From the NCBI GenBank assembly GCA_964016885.1, contig OZ024741.1:366420001-366484000 (forward strand): 64,000 bases of DNA. The letters run 5' to 3'. Positions 43,087 through 56,962 of this stretch are shown piece by piece. The position numbers were made by a program, and so were the translations under genes. The notes under the pieces are model-generated. The model did not search any database. It was not told the origin of the DNA and saw only the letters and a program-made list of their open reading frames with translations. This DNA is from Eledone cirrhosa (taxonomy: Eukaryota). Numbering within the stretch: the first letter of the stretch is position 1; each line of letters starts with the position of its first letter.

Positions 43087-43729
43087 AAATTTCTTTAAGT
43101 CGTTTGGAAATATATATATATATGTATACAGGCTTATGCATGTATGTACATGAGAGAGTGAGATGTATATGTATATGACTATGCTTTATTTGTATTTATG
43201 TTTATTGTATAGTATATACGAATGAATGGGCAAGAGTGTTTGGGTTTGGGTGAGTGCCTGCATTTGTGTACACGCGAAAAGGCTCATTCTAATGTCATAT
43301 TATTCCATGCTGTTAAATTTTACATCCATACAAATTTAAATACCATCAACATTGACTGGGAAGGTAAACGATGTGAATAGAGAATGAATTGAAGTTAGGG
43401 AAATCGATAAATATATATATTTGACCACGAACCAAAGTAAACAGCAGGGTGCTGTGAAGAGTTTTATATTGTGAATCATGGAAATATATTCTGTAAGGCT
43501 TATTGCTGATTCATTGCTTGGAAACAAGGGACGCACATATTATGTAAAAATCTATGAATAATGTCGTAGATAATATAGCAGAAATGATTAGCAGTATTTA
43601 TTAATAAAATATGTGTGTGTACTTGTGTGTGCGAGCGTGTTTGTTGGGGTGCGAGTGCATAAGCAAGCTATATAGCTAGTGTGACATAAACCTCGGTAGA
43701 TATCTATATTAAGTAGCTAAATAGCAAGT

Positions 43730-43840
43730 TGCTCACCATAGAGAGAAATGGGGAGGGAGTAGAGAGATTGGGGTGATGACAGTGGGAGTTCAGCTCTTCC
43801 ACGTTCGGGCCATATCCTTGTGGTTGTATTGATTATCTAT
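43730..43840 (+). mobile_element. extreme 3' end of CRE-like LINE
   Basis: CTCACCATAGAGAGAAATGGGGAGG...CTCTTCCACGTTCGGGCCATATCCTTGTGGTT matches 39085-39180. Confidence 0.7.
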
Positions 43841-43896
43841 AGAGTTCATTCTATTAGTCGAACGGGTGTACACAGCTAGATAGATGTATAAATAGT

Positions 43897-43934
<38 letters not shown>

Positions 43935-46900
43935 TATTTCATCATTAGCCACAAGGGCACAGAAGAAAGGGACAAATACAAATGGGGAGTTTACATACAG
44001 GTATATGAAAATAAAACTATTAATAAAATAACAAATAACAATTGAAATCCCCAATAGGGGGGGGGGGGGGCGTTACACAGGCGTGTACACACCCCGAAAA
44101 AATGTACAACCCTCATCTCTAGGGGCACCAAGAGTGAGTACTCCCTTCCTCTCTTCTTCTTTTTTCTCAACCTACAGGCTTATATAGAGAGATGATCCAA
44201 CCACTCGGGCCATCTTTGCCACATTCACCCACCTTTCATAAAATGTGCTGGGGTACAGCACTTCTCTCTCCATCCTGATTCTTCTTCCAAAATGATATTT
44301 GAAAAAACGAATCAGTTGTTTGCCGGAGAGAAAGGTGTCTGACCTCAGCCCTTTTAACCTCGTCCACCACACAACCTCTTTCACCATAGCTATAACACAT
44401 AGGAAAACCGCCTCTTCTTCGTTTTTGAAGGAGGGTGGCGGCTTGATCATGACAATGGACTCGGTGGTCAACTGGATTGGTTCCACCCGCGACAATAGTC
44501 GTTCTACATAGCCCCACAGGTCGGTAACGCCCGGGCAGTGTACAAATGCGTGCGCGACAGTTTCCTCGTCGCGCACGCATCTCAGACAGATCTTTTTCGA
44601 AGGGTCCCTGCCCGTGCTCCCGTGTCTGTAGAGCTTGTCTCGAACAGGTAGAGCTCCTCGGTAGCACTGCCAGGCCAGGGACTTTTGGAAGTTGTCCATC
44701 GGTCCCGGGCTGAAAGTCCTACCGAACAGACTAGCCAGTTCGTCCTCCTCTACGCCAGAGTTTCTCCGAGCGCGTCGTCGCACTTGCTGCGGACCAACCC
44801 TCTATAGAATGACGAAGTGGAGTCTCCACTGATCGCCGGGTCCGTTTGCCAGAGGACTGTGAGCGCCTGAGCACATTCGATGTGCCAGTCGCCCATTTTC
44901 CTTGGTCTTTGCTTTACCCAGGACTGCAGCTCGGTCAGCGAGACGAGTCGTGGGATGGCTCGCCTCACGAACGGGGCCCAACCGGTTGTCCAGTGAGGAA
45001 TACGTGGAGGTGCGACAGCCTGAGCGCGTGTTTGCGCATCGTCAGCCACGGCATCCCCAGCTCTCCGGTTGAAGGGTGTTGGCAGAAGATGGATCTTCTC
45101 ACCAAAGGAGCCCGTTTCTTCCAAAGGAATTGGAAGAGTGCGTGCTCCATTTGGGTGAGCGTTTTGGCTGGACAAGGCACGACGGTCAAGCGGTAGTAGA
45201 TGGCGGACGCTATAAAAGTGTTCGCCACCTCCGCTCGACCTTTCAAGGATAGTTTGCACTCGGCCCACTTTTGGGTGAGCGCAAACACCTTGGCCGTCAG
45301 CTCGTTCCAGTTCTTTTCCACCTGGAGGTCCGGACCAAACCAGACCTCGATCAGCTTTACCAGTCCTTCAGTCCAGCGTCCGACGACTCCAACCTAAGGC
45401 ATCGGTTTGTCTCTCCACGTTCCTAGTTGGAAACCGACGGACTTGTCCCGGTTCAGCTTCGCTCCTGTGAACCTTTCGTATTCCTTCAGTAAAGTACCGA
45501 CCACCCCGATTTGCGAGGTGCTCGCCATCATTACTGTCACTTCGTCGGCGTAGGCCGACGCCGCTTTTCGCAGTCCCGGTTCCAAAGGGATGCCCTGCAA
45601 TAGCTCCGACTTCCGCAGTAGTGGCTCAAGAGACAGTACGTACAGAAGGGAGGAGAGAGGGCATCCCTGTCGAATGGATGGCGTGATATGGAACGGCTCC
45701 GAGAGATTGCCGTTCACCTTGACCCTTGAGCAGATGTTGCTGCTGTGCATTGCAGCAATCCAGCCCCTGAACACGGGACCGAAGCCTGCCACCTCGAGCA
45801 CCGCATCCAGGTAACGATGGTCAACCCTATCGAAAGCCTTAGACTGATCCAAGTTGATCAGGGCCCCACCGAAGCCGTCTTTACACCCTACCCTCTCTAT
45901 GATGTATCGCATGAGGTGGAGGTTGTCGTGTATGGACCTGGTCGGGATTGCGCATGTCTGCGCTTCTCCCACCAGGTTTTCGACGACAAGCGCCAGCATC
46001 TTCGCTAACACCTTGGCCAAAATCTGTAACTCTGAGTTTAGCAGAGATATGGGCCGGAAGTTGCCTATGTCATCCCCCTTATTCTCGTCCTTCCTGATTA
46101 ACGTGACTACGCCCTTGGTCACAAAACTGGGAATTCTCCCGTTCTGCTGCCAGTTGCAGTAGACCGCTTCCAGGAGACCGGAGAACAAGTCCGGAATTGC
46201 TACGTAAAATTCGTAGGGTAGACCGTCGAGACCTGGAGATTTGCGTTTGCCGCATTGGCTCAGCGCGTCCCGTTTATCTCAGCGGCCGAAATCGGCCTTT
46301 CGCAGAACTTCGCCTCGCTGTCCGAGAGTCGCAGGTATGGACTGAAATCCATAGCCCCTCCCGTCGCGCCGCCCTACCCGAACAGTTGAGAAAATTGCCG
46401 CAGAAAAGCCGCACACATCTGCTTCGGCTCACGTATCACGCGTCCGTCTTGGTCCTTCAAAGACCGAATCGTGCACTTGTTGCCACTTTTCGCCTCTGTC
46501 ACTCGGGCCCAGCTAACAGCTTTGGCTCCCTCGTTTCCCAGAGCACTTATTTTGCTCCTGACAACGCAGCCTTCGTGCTTTGCGTCGAAGAACTGGTCCA
46601 GTGCCGTTCTCGTCGCTACCACGTTAGCTACGTTGCCACTCCTAATTGCCTTTTCTACTTTATCTACCAGTTCCTTTTCGGTCTTATTTCTATCTAACAC
46701 TAATTCTTTACTAAAACCTATTGAGTCTAATCTGACTGCCCTCTTGAGAGAGTACCACCATCTGTTGTTGACAATGGCCCCTGTCAAGTGCTGCTTAACT
46801 AAAGTGCTAATCCGTCTACTGTAGGCTTTGCATGTCGGTAACGACAAGTTCAGCTTCTAGTAGCCGGTTCCCTGTCTATGGGTTCTATCAAGCTTGACTA

Positions 46901-48100
46901 AGCAGGTCACTAGTTTGTGATCTGAATAGGCAACCATGAACATTTGTGGACAGCTTAACATGTCCCTATCCTTCTTTCACTTACTCTAACTAGAAACCTA
47001 TCTAAGTACGATCTAGATGTTCCGCTCTGGTTGGTCTACGTCCACAGTGGCACAGTTGGAAAATCTAGTCGATATCTATCGGCCAGTTGAAATCGGCCGA
47101 TTAACTGTTTGAGGCTGTTACCCCCCCCCCCCCCTCTATCGGGACAAGCTCCCACATAGTCCCAACGTGCATCTAGGATTCCATTCCAGTCCCGCACTAA
47201 CAGCAGGGAGTGGGACGTTCCCAGAAAAGTCTCTAGACGTTTGAAGAAGTCTGGCCGTGGTGTACCGGATGGTGCATATGCGGCCACCAGCCTGAAAGCT
47301 CCACCTTCACTACCGTCAACGTCTAGGACCATCAGTTGACCCTCTGGGTCCAGATGTACCGTCTGTGTTACGAGGTCCAGGTGTTCCGCAACAAAATGGC
47401 AACCCCGCCCCCACCTCTCGGCTGACAGAGAGATGCGTAGATCTCAAAGTCGTCGAAGATGGGGGCCAGTTGTCGCTCGCTGTGGATCCAGGACTCGCAA
47501 ATGGCTACTACATCCATACTGTGCGACCTGAGGTCGTTTAAGAGTTTTCCCTGTTTCCAGGGCATCCCCAGGCCGCGTACATTCACACATCCAACTCTTA
47601 TATTGGCCATGTTGGTACTGAAAAGTTAAAAGAAGAGGAAAAGAAATCACCACTTCTTCGTCTCCTGGGGACCAGGCTGCACAATTTCCATGGGGGTGTT
47701 GGAGGGGTTGTTTGGTGGGGGTGGGAACAGAGATGTTTGGTAGGGAGGGGTGTCTGGTGGGATGGGGATGTCTGTGGTGGGGGTGTCTTGGTTGGGGGTG
47801 GGGAAACATTTTTAAAAAACGCGGTTAATGGGTTTAACGCAAGGATTACCCACGTCCTTAGGAAAGTTTTTCTTTAAAGACTTATAGGTTTCCGTAGAGA
47901 CCCTAATCATCTTTAAATTGGGTCTGTCTATACAGATCGAAAAAGTTTTCCCTTCGGTGAAAACCGAAGGGTCGTTGGAGATGACCTCCATTAAGGTTTT
48001 GTTTTCACTGTTTATGTATGTGTAATGTTCTTGTTGTGTTGTGTTGGTTTTTGTCAGTTGTTCTTGTGTGTGTTTTCGTCTTGTTGTAGGTATTTGTGTT
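43935..48100 (-). mobile_element. L1/Tx1-clade LINE, family A, 5'-truncated, frameshifted
   Basis: Highly similar to 14290-18060. ORF1 C-terminus plus broken ORF2 (ATG 47610, YADE). (GATA)n tract at about 43878-43934 at its 3' end. Confidence 0.93.
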
Positions 48101-48350
48101 TATAAGAGTTTTCCCTTCTGTATGAAGGTAATATTATTCATGGATTTAACTCCATGAATGTAAGCAAGTTGAATGTATTCTGCTATTTTTATCTAGTTCT
48201 CGAGATTCGCCGAGCTAATTACTAATTCATCCATTCGAACCCCTATCGTAAGCATAGATGACCTGTGTCGCCGATTCACTTGATTGTTTATATATATATA
48301 TATATATATAAAACGAAAAATCAGTGATGCGTCTAAACTCAATTTATTGT

Positions 48351-48438
48351 ATGTTACAATTGTTTCGCCGGCAGACAGCTTGAGACACGATCATTGTGTG
48401 GATCTGTCTGACTCTGGATCTGCAGATTCGTCGGACAC
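48351..48438 (-). ncRNA. type I hammerhead motif (CCGACGA core, long stem II region)
   Basis: GTGT-CCGACGA-(about 60 nt)-GAAAC-AATT-GTA-ACAT with palindromic loop III. In an about 340-bp insert between (TA)n tracts. Confidence 0.55.
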
Positions 48439-48667
48439 TTCTAATAATTTCGGATAAAATTTTCTCACTGGGGTGTTAGCGTCAAAAAACATCCACTTCG
48501 CTCGTCTGGCTATTGGCTGTTGTTCTTCTACGTCATCATAAATTTGGGCCAACAGGTACTGTCAAACTGACCATCAGCTGTCCTTTTTCCTGCCACACTT
48601 CAATGAATCCCTGGTGGGTTTGGTAGTTCACACGTCCACGCGCGTACTCACACATATATATATATAT

Positions 48668-48852
48668 ATATAGGAACAAGTAAGACCCCGACGGCTGAGC
48701 TCAAGCCGTTTCGACGGCTAATTCTGTACAGAATTAGCCGTCGAAACGGCTTGAGCTCAGCCGTCGGGGTCTTACTTGTTCCTATTACCCACTCTACTAC
48801 CCTAAGTATTGAGTACTTTGGTGCGTTATGGTTCCTTACCACATTTCCTTCG

Positions 48853-48855
<3 letters not shown>
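48668..48855. mobile_element. fold-back family F element in (TA)n
   Basis: Perfect palindrome about 48670-48785 centred on CTGTACAG, plus a 70-bp one-sided extension homologous to 35995-36072. Confidence 0.88.
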
Positions 48856-48938
<83 letters not shown>

Positions 48939-49524
48939 GTATACATATATATATATTTATATATATATATTGAAAATTAAATTAAGGTAAGTTTGTCATA
49001 TCCGAGAGACATGCGCCATATTCACTGCAGAATAAGCTCAAAGAATAGTTCCGAGCATGTTATAACAACTAGAAATAGATTGACATATATATATATAAAA
49101 TAAACACATGAAACAATCTCAGGGAATAATTTGTAAAGTGTGAAAGCACAGATAGCTAGGTAGGTAACTAATTAAAGTTTAACTAGAACTTCAAATGTAG
49201 ATACCTTTTAAAATGATTAATCTCCTTTGTATATATTTCTTTAAATAAGAAATATATTTCACCAATTAATCCGTAAATCACAGCAGTCAAATCTTGGATG
49301 GTCACCAAAGGAGAAGATCCAACCATCTGTGTTTACACAGCAAATGCAAATCTGTGAATGACTCGAACCACGTGTTACATTTTATAAAAAAATACAGACA
49401 TCGCAAGGTATCTACATTTGAAGTTCTAGTTAAACTTTAATTAGTTACCTACCTAGCTATGTGAGCTTACACACTTTACAAATTATTCCTTGAGATTGTT
49501 TCATGTGTTTGTTTTATATATATA

Positions 49525-50545
49525 CTAGCAGTAAAACCCGGCGTTGCTCGGGGTCGCTCAGTAGCTGTGTTAAAGTTACAATGTTAAGTTTCTTTTTTGG
49601 CTTAAAAACTGTAGTGTCTACTGTGCAGACTTGCATGTGGTGTTTTTGATTAATATTCCCTCAACCAACAATATGCCTTATGAAGTTAAGAAAACATAAC
49701 GATAACCCGAATGTTATAACAAAAGAGGATGCTGGGGATAAAAACTGCACTGGTTATTTATTAACAAAGATCGAAAATGTAAACACTGCAACGCAGAGAA
49801 AAACATTAGCGTAACCAAATTATCAGTTATGTCTGTCTGCACGCCTATATCACCTCTCTGCACGACTGTCTGTCTGCACGCCTATATCACCTCTCTGCAC
49901 GACTGTCTGTCTGCACGCCTATATCACCTCTCTGCACGACTGTCTGTCTGCACGCCTATATCACCTCTCTGCACGACTGTCTGTCTGCACGCCTATATCA
50001 CCTCTCTGCACGACTATCTGTCTGCACGCGTATATCACCTCTCTGCACGACTGTCTGTCTGCACGACTGTCTGTCTGCACGCCTAACGACGAAATATTTG
50101 CTTGTTTTACGTAGTCTTTAAATAGACTTGTTTTCAAGTAAAAATATTGTTTTAAAATGCTTTTAAATGGAAATGAAGCAAAACGGAAGCTTAGTGTTCG
50201 AACTGATGAATTTTGCAGGTCAATATTTTGCTGGCTCGACAACTGCTCGTGTATTGTGTTAATGTCATTTTAAACGCTGAGAAAGCCAGCGTAATTTTTT
50301 ACGTAAGACGCTCAATGTAAACAGAACAAAGGGAAATAACTGATAACTTACGCTCAAAAATCGATACATTATATTCGATTTCGTCACATAGGGTGGGTCA
50401 ATTTGAAATATTTTTTTCCGATGTCTTCGCTAGGGCTCAATGTACAAGTATAGCAATTTCAGTGCAATTCCGTCAGAGATTCTAAGAGGAGATGTGTGCC
50501 AAAAATCGATAGACAGACAGACAACCACAGTTTTATATATATAGA
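49525..50545 (-). mobile_element. non-autonomous Helitron
   Basis: Minus strand starts TC(TATATATATAAAAC) and ends with hairpin CCCGAGCAACGCCGGG then CTAG. Inserted between A and T with no TSD; removing it restores the host arm. Internal (CTGT)n and a 39-bp tandem array. Confidence 0.85.
49829..50085. repeat. 39-bp tandem repeat (about 6 units) inside the Helitron
   Basis: TGTCTGTCTGCACGCCTATATCACCTCTCTGCACGAC-type unit repeated. Confidence 0.9.
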
Positions 50546-50565
50546 TGTGTCAATCTATTTCTAGT

Positions 50566-50650
<85 letters not shown>

Positions 50651-50676
50651 GTATATATATATATATGTGTTATATA

Positions 50677-50775
<99 letters not shown>

Positions 50776-50948
50776 ATATGAAACAGTTCTAGTCCTGTAG
50801 ACGCCATTTCTATATTAAATATTTATACTCTGTTATGTATTGAGTACCTTGCTTACTATGGTATCCCCGATGAACCCGGGATAAACATATATATATAGAG
50901 AGAGAGCATTCTTTTTTCCTGGACCTTTCCGACGGAATTACTTCATTT

Positions 50949-51012
<64 letters not shown>

Positions 51013-51264
51013 TTGATTTATTATAATATTGATATATTTTTTAACATCTAGGAGTAATTTTCTCAATGTCCGTTATTTCGGTTTATGTGTTTATGTATCT
51101 CATCTCCATGTCCAAGCATCTCCGTGTGCATGTCTTTATTATTCTATGTGACTGCGTGTCTCTGGATCGATGTGTTTACGTGTGTACGTGTCTGTGACTA
51201 TGCGTCTACGTGCTTTTGTCTATATATATGTATGAACGTATATGAAAATGTCTGTGTTTTTGTG

Positions 51265-51568
51265 TGAAGTCACATGGTTTAGTAGATACAAGTGTTCAGC
51301 TCACGATTGTAAGGTCAAGAGATCGATTTTTGGCGGTGCGTCGTGTGCTTAAAAAAGACACTTTATTTCATATTGCTCCAGGCCACTCAGCTAGCAAAAA
51401 TCTCAGACTTATCATACACTGCGTCGCGTTAAATCACCCTCAGACTTGCGCTAAAGTACATATGTTGTGGAACCTAGAGCCATCCATCTGCATGGTAATT
51501 TCACGAGCAAGCTATTCTGTTAATCAAATAGTTGTAAAACTCGTCGTCGGAAACGAAGAGGGTCCTCT
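51265..51568 (+). mobile_element. CORE/Meta-type SINE (2490 family)
   Basis: CATGGTTTAGT...CTCACGATTGTAAGG...AAGACACTTTATTTCATATTGCTCCAG...CTCGTCGTCGGAAACGAAGAG. Confidence 0.75.
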
Positions 51569-51770
51569 ATATACACAAGTATGTGTGTATATATTTCCCG
51601 TGTTTACAATCAATACAATCACTGCAATATTTATAGAAGTATCCTGATCATTTATCCTAAGTAGTTTATATGAATGAATATATTCCATATAAAACTACAC
51701 ATATATATAATCAATAGTAATAACACTAACAATAACAATAATAAAAGAGTGAAGAATAAAATATAATAAT

Positions 51771-54364
51771 GGTTTCTTTATTGGCCACAAGGGCCAACAT
51801 ATAGGGGACAATACAAGAGACTGGGACAGTAGGGTTTTACAGAAAAATCGAGTAAACAATATGAATCACAATAACAAAGTAACAAGAAAAGTACAACAAG
51901 AAAAAAATCCTCAATAGGAGGGATGACCACCCAGGGTTCGCTCAGGTACCCCACCAATCCTGAACGACCCGAAGCTCGAGAGCACCCTAGAAGGGCACCC
52001 CTCTCCTCCTCAAATTTACCCACCTACAGGCGCATGACCAGAGTAGGCCGACTCCCACGGGCCATTCTCGTCACATTCACCCACCTTTCAGCAAATGTAC
52101 TGGGGGTCAGCACTTCTCTCTCCACCCTCACCTTCCTTTCCAAGTGAAACTTGAAAAAGTTGATGAGGGATTGGCCGAAGAGAAAAGTGTCTGTCTTCAG
52201 TCCCTTTAACCTCGTCCACCATACAACCTCTTTCGCTACTGCCACCAGACAGAGGAAAATTGCCTGCCCTTCCTGGCCAAAAGAAGGCGGCTGGTCGATC
52301 TTCACTATGGACTCGACCGATAGCCGGATCCATTCTAAACGCGACAACAGCTGTTCGACATAACTCCACAAGTCAGTAATGCACGGATACTGGATGAGTG
52401 CGTGCAGAACGGTTTCGTCGCTCTGTGCGCATCTCGGGCCAGTCCGTCTGACAGCACTTCCGTGCCTGTAGAGTTTATCTCGAACCGGCAGTGCCCCTCG
52501 GTAGCACTGCCAAGCGAGGGATTTGGGGAAATTATCCATCGTCCCCGGCTGGAAAGTCCTCCGGAACAGACTGGTTAGTTCGACTTCGTCCGCGCCCAGA
52601 GCCTCTCCGAGTGCGTCGTCGCACTTACCCACCACTAATCCTCTATAGAACTCGAGAGTGGAAGTTCCACTGACCGCATTGCCCGCCTGGTAGAGGGCAC
52701 TGAGTGCCTGGCAATATTCCAGATGCCAGTCACCCAGTCTCGGTCTCTTCTTGACCCAGGACTGCAACTCAGTCAAAGAAACCAGCTGCGGAAAGGCCCG
52801 TCTGACAAACGGCGACTACACCTGTTCACCGTTTAGGCAGAATATCTGGAGATGCCACAGCCTCAGCGCGTGTCTGCGCATCATTAGCCATGGCATCCGC
52901 AGCCCTCCACGTAGAGGGTGCTGGCAGCAGATGGACCGCCTCACCAACGGAACCTGACCCCTCGACAAGAATTTGAAGAGAAGCCGTTCCAAGATGGCGA
53001 GGCGCGAACGGGGGCAAGGGACGATGGTCAGACGGTAGTAGATGATGGACGCGATGTACGCGTTCGCCACCTCCGCCCGACCTTTCAGTGATAGCTTTCT
53101 TGCAACCCATTTCTGGGTGAGACTGGCTACTCTACCTGTCACCTCGTCTCAATTCTTATCCACCTGGAGGTCTGTCCCGAACCAAACCCCGAGCAACTTT
53201 ACCGGTCCGTCCGTCCAGCGCCTAACGACGCTGTTGGACGGCATGGACTTGCATCTCCAGGTGCCGAGTTGCAAGCCCACCGACTTTTCCGGGTTAAGTT
53301 TGGCTCCCGTCAACCTTTCACATTCCTCCAATAAGTTGCCGACCACCTCGATTTCTGAGGTGTCCGACACTATCACGGTGATGTCATCTGCATAAGCCGA
53401 CACAGCCTTTCCGCGTCCCGGTTCGAGCGGGATGCCCTGCAACAGCTCCATCTTCCGCAGTAAAGGTTCGGAGTCAATATGTACAGAAGGGAGGAGAGAG
53501 GGAACCCTTGACGGACCGATCGGGAGACCTGAAACGGTTCTGAGAGGTGGCCATTAATTTTGACCATCGAGCAGGTGCCGCTGTGCTTTGCAGCGATTCA
53601 GCTTATGAAGACGGGGCCGAAGCCAGCCGCCTTGAGGACAGCCTCCAGATACCGATGGTCGACCCTATCGAATGCTTTCGATTGATCTAAATTGATCAGA
53701 GCCCCACCGAAGCCAGGTTTACACCCTACCCTCTCTATGATGTATCGCATCAGGTGGAGGTTGTCGTGTATGGACCTGGTTGGGATTGCGCAAGTTTGCG
53801 CCTCCCCAACCAAATCCCCGACGACAAGCGTCAACCTCTTCGCTAACACCCTGGCCAAAATCTTAAACTCTGTGTTGAGCAGAGTTATGGGCCTGGAATT
53901 GTCTAATGTGTCCCTCTTGTTCTCGTATTTCCTTTTCAGCGTCACTACGCTCACAGAACTGGGAATGCTCCCGTTCTGCTGCCAGTTGCAGTAGCGCGCT
54001 TCGAGGAGATTGGAGAACAAGTCTGGCATATTTACGTAAAGCTCGTAGGGCAAACCATCCAAACCGGGTGACTTGCGCCTCATGCAGCCGACAAGGGCAT
54101 CCTGAATCTCGGCTGAAGTAATCGGCCTTTCGCAGCGCCCAGCTCGGCCGACGAGAGTTGCGGCAAGCCATCGAGGTAGGGACTGAAGTCCTCCACCGTC
54201 TCTGACCCGCCACTTCCCCTGAACAACCGAGCAAAATGTTGGTGAAAGGCCTCACGCATCCGCTTAGAATCGCTCAGTTCGTGACCATCTCGGTCCGTCA
54301 AAGACCGAATCGTGGTTTTATTACCACGCTGCGCCTCTGCCACGTGGGCCCATCGAACAGCTTT
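51771..54364 (-). mobile_element. L1/Tx1-clade LINE, family B-related, 5'-truncated, frameshifted
   Basis: Broken RT (YADD near 53390) and zinc-finger region. 3' end CCCTTGTGGCCAATAAAGAAACC followed by a degenerate (ATT)n; ATTATT also at the 5' junction. Confidence 0.92.
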
Positions 54365-54454
54365 CTAATAATTACTGGGTATATTGCGCATTAATAACAT
54401 TTTATCAACCTACCACTTTCTTTTTTTATTTTATTCTGTTGTTGTGTTCGTTTG

Positions 54455-55450
54455 TTTAGTTGGATGGTTGGTTTGCTGGCTAGTTGATTGGTGAGTTGAC
54501 TGGTAGGTTGGTTGGTTTGTGGCTGGTTGGTTGGTAGGCTGGTTAGTTGGTTGTTTGGTTGGCTGGCTGGTTGGTTGGCTGGTTTGCTGTAAGTTTTGCT
54601 GATGGGTTGGCTGGTTGGTTGGTGTTTGGCTGGTTGGCTGGTTGGTGGTTGGCTGGTTTGCTGGTAAGTTTGCCTGGTTGGTTCGCTGGTAGGTTGATGG
54701 TTGGCTGGATGTTTGGTTGATTGGCTGGTTGGTTGGCTGGCTGGCTGGTTGATTGGTTGGCTAGGTAGGTTGGTTGTTTGGTTGGTTGGCTGATTGGTTG
54801 GCTGGTTGATTGGTTTGTTTGTTGGTTGGCTGGCTGGTTGGTTGGCAGGCTGGTTGGTTGGTTGGTTGGCAGATTGGCTAGTTAGTTGGCTGGTTGGTTG
54901 GTTGGTAAGTTGACTGGTAGGTTGGCTGGTCGTTGTTTGACTGGCTGGTTGGCTGGCTGGCTGGTTGGTACGTTCACTGGTAGGTTGGCGGTTTGGTTGG
55001 TTGGCTGGTTTGCTAGTTGGTTGGCTGGTAGGTTTGTAGGTTGGTTGGTTGATAGTTTTGTAGGTTGGTTGGTAGGTTGGTAGGTTGGTAGGTTGGTAAG
55101 TTGGCTAGCAAGTTGGCTGGCTGGTAGATTGGTTGGTTGATAGTTTTGTAGGTTGGTTAGTAGGTTGGTAGGTTGGTTGGTTTGTTGGCTGGTTGGTTGG
55201 TTGGTCGGTTGGTTGGCTGGTTGGTTGGCTGATAGTTGACTAGTTGGCTGGTTGGCTGGTTGGCAGGCTGGTTGTTTGGTTGGTTGGCTAGCTGGCTGGT
55301 TGGTTGGTTGGCTGGCTGGTTGGCTGGTAAGTTGACTAGTTCGTTGGTTGGTTGGTTGGTTGGTTCTCTGGTGCGTTGGCTGGTTGGTTGGCTGGTTGGT
55401 TGTTTGGTTGTCTGGCTGACTGGCTGGTTGGCTTGTCGCTTGGTTGGATA
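54455..55450. repeat. degenerate (TTGG/CTGG)n microsatellite
   Basis: Read directly. Confidence 0.92.
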
Positions 55451-56116
55451 GTTTTCAGATATATTTGTCCCATATATTTTCTATTTATTATTATTTATTG
55501 ATGTCTGTTCTTTGAATTTCCCAACAACACCCACATAAACACAATCATATATAAAACAAACACTTACATAAATACACACACAGCTGCGCACACAGGAACA
55601 AACACAAACGTGCAAACACGGACACTTACATTCAAACTTACACACATACACACCCACATGCAAACATACATATACATACATACACATACGCACAAAAGCA
55701 TATATACACACACATGAATATACTAGGATATAGAGACAAAGAAACATCTTTGCCTATGATCATACACAAACGCACAATCACACCGAAACACACAAATAAT
55801 GCACTATACACATACATACTCATACATACACATAAACATTCTGCACCCACGCAGACGCATCCGGCCATAAACACGCTAATACACAAGATGAATCATACGT
55901 ACACAGATACAATAATGTGTGCAAAATTTCACTCATACACACACTGGCAGGCAGACTTGCACACACACTACAGTCAGATTCATATGCAGACTCCTACGTA
56001 CATATACGTACACATACATATATATGTAAATACACACAACAGACACACTCATACGTATACATACATACACGCACACACTCGACTGCCACACTCAAGCATA
56101 CCCCCAACATACACAC

Positions 56117-56148
<32 letters not shown>

Positions 56149-56157
<9 letters not shown>

Positions 56158-56159
56158 AG

Positions 56160-56207
<48 letters not shown>

Positions 56208-56962
56208 GTGTTTTGCAACGGGTCACTTTGTGGCTCAATGAAAGGTTAATAAATTAAATAATAAGAGCTATATATCATAAAACATGTCTGTAGAATCACC
56301 AGATAAAATATATACCATTTCCTCTCCCAATTAGCATAATTAACCATATAAAAAATCGATTAGACCAAGCTATAAGAATAAGGCTTCTATGAAGAAATCT
56401 CCGACAAATAACTGAAAGCAGCCCTTCGCGCCGGCTGCGACGGAATATTTATCGAGTATTTCAACAGCGTGTATGAATCGCCCAGATATACAGTCAATTA
56501 AACAGAATTAGGTGTAAAATAAACTCGACCATGGTTTCGTCCGCATTTTAAGATATCCGATAGCTTCGGACACCTAGAGCACCGGACTCTTCAGGAAGTT
56601 AGCTCAAATTTAGACAATAAATTTTCCAAAGTGATCGCGCCAAGAATACAGTCAAAAATGGCTAAGAATCGTGACGTAGCAGCGGTCAGGTTAGAAGGAA
56701 TGTGGTTAGTTGCTTACGGCTGGTGGCTTTTTGCTAGAAAGCGCAGCACAATACAGCCAAAATTGTATCTCAACCTAACGGGAGATTATTACATATAAAG
56801 GTTTACATATATATATATATATACGTGTTTTGCAACAGGTCACTTTGTGGCTCAATGAAAAGTTAATAAATTAAATAATCAGAGCTATATATCATAAAAC
56901 ATGTCTATAGAATCACCAGATAAAATATAATGTAATAATCTCCTGTTAGGTTGAGATACAAT
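56149..56962. mobile_element. hammerhead-bearing element: partial tandem plus short inverted piece
   Basis: 56149-56311 is repeated at 56790-56929; 56762-56794 is inverted at 56930-56962. (TA)n on the left flank. Confidence 0.75.
56522..56600 (-). ncRNA. canonical-core type I hammerhead ribozyme motif
   Basis: AACTTC-CTGAAGA-GTCCG(...)CGGAC-GAAAC-CATG-GTC-GAGTT: 5-bp stem II with an internal hairpin, palindromic loop III, GUC site. Confidence 0.82.

Larger units (their letters stand above)
48972..50570. mobile_element. fold-back family E element; inverted arm interrupted by a Helitron
   Basis: About 49063-49206 is inverted at 49406-49524 and continues at 50546-50570. Confidence 0.8.

Noticed and set aside
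50862-50895. CCGATGA-ACCCGGG-ATAAAC-ATAT hammerhead-like string; similar weak strings near 27265 and 34350-34415
   Set aside because: Core residues or stems are missing; possibly decayed copies but not supportable.
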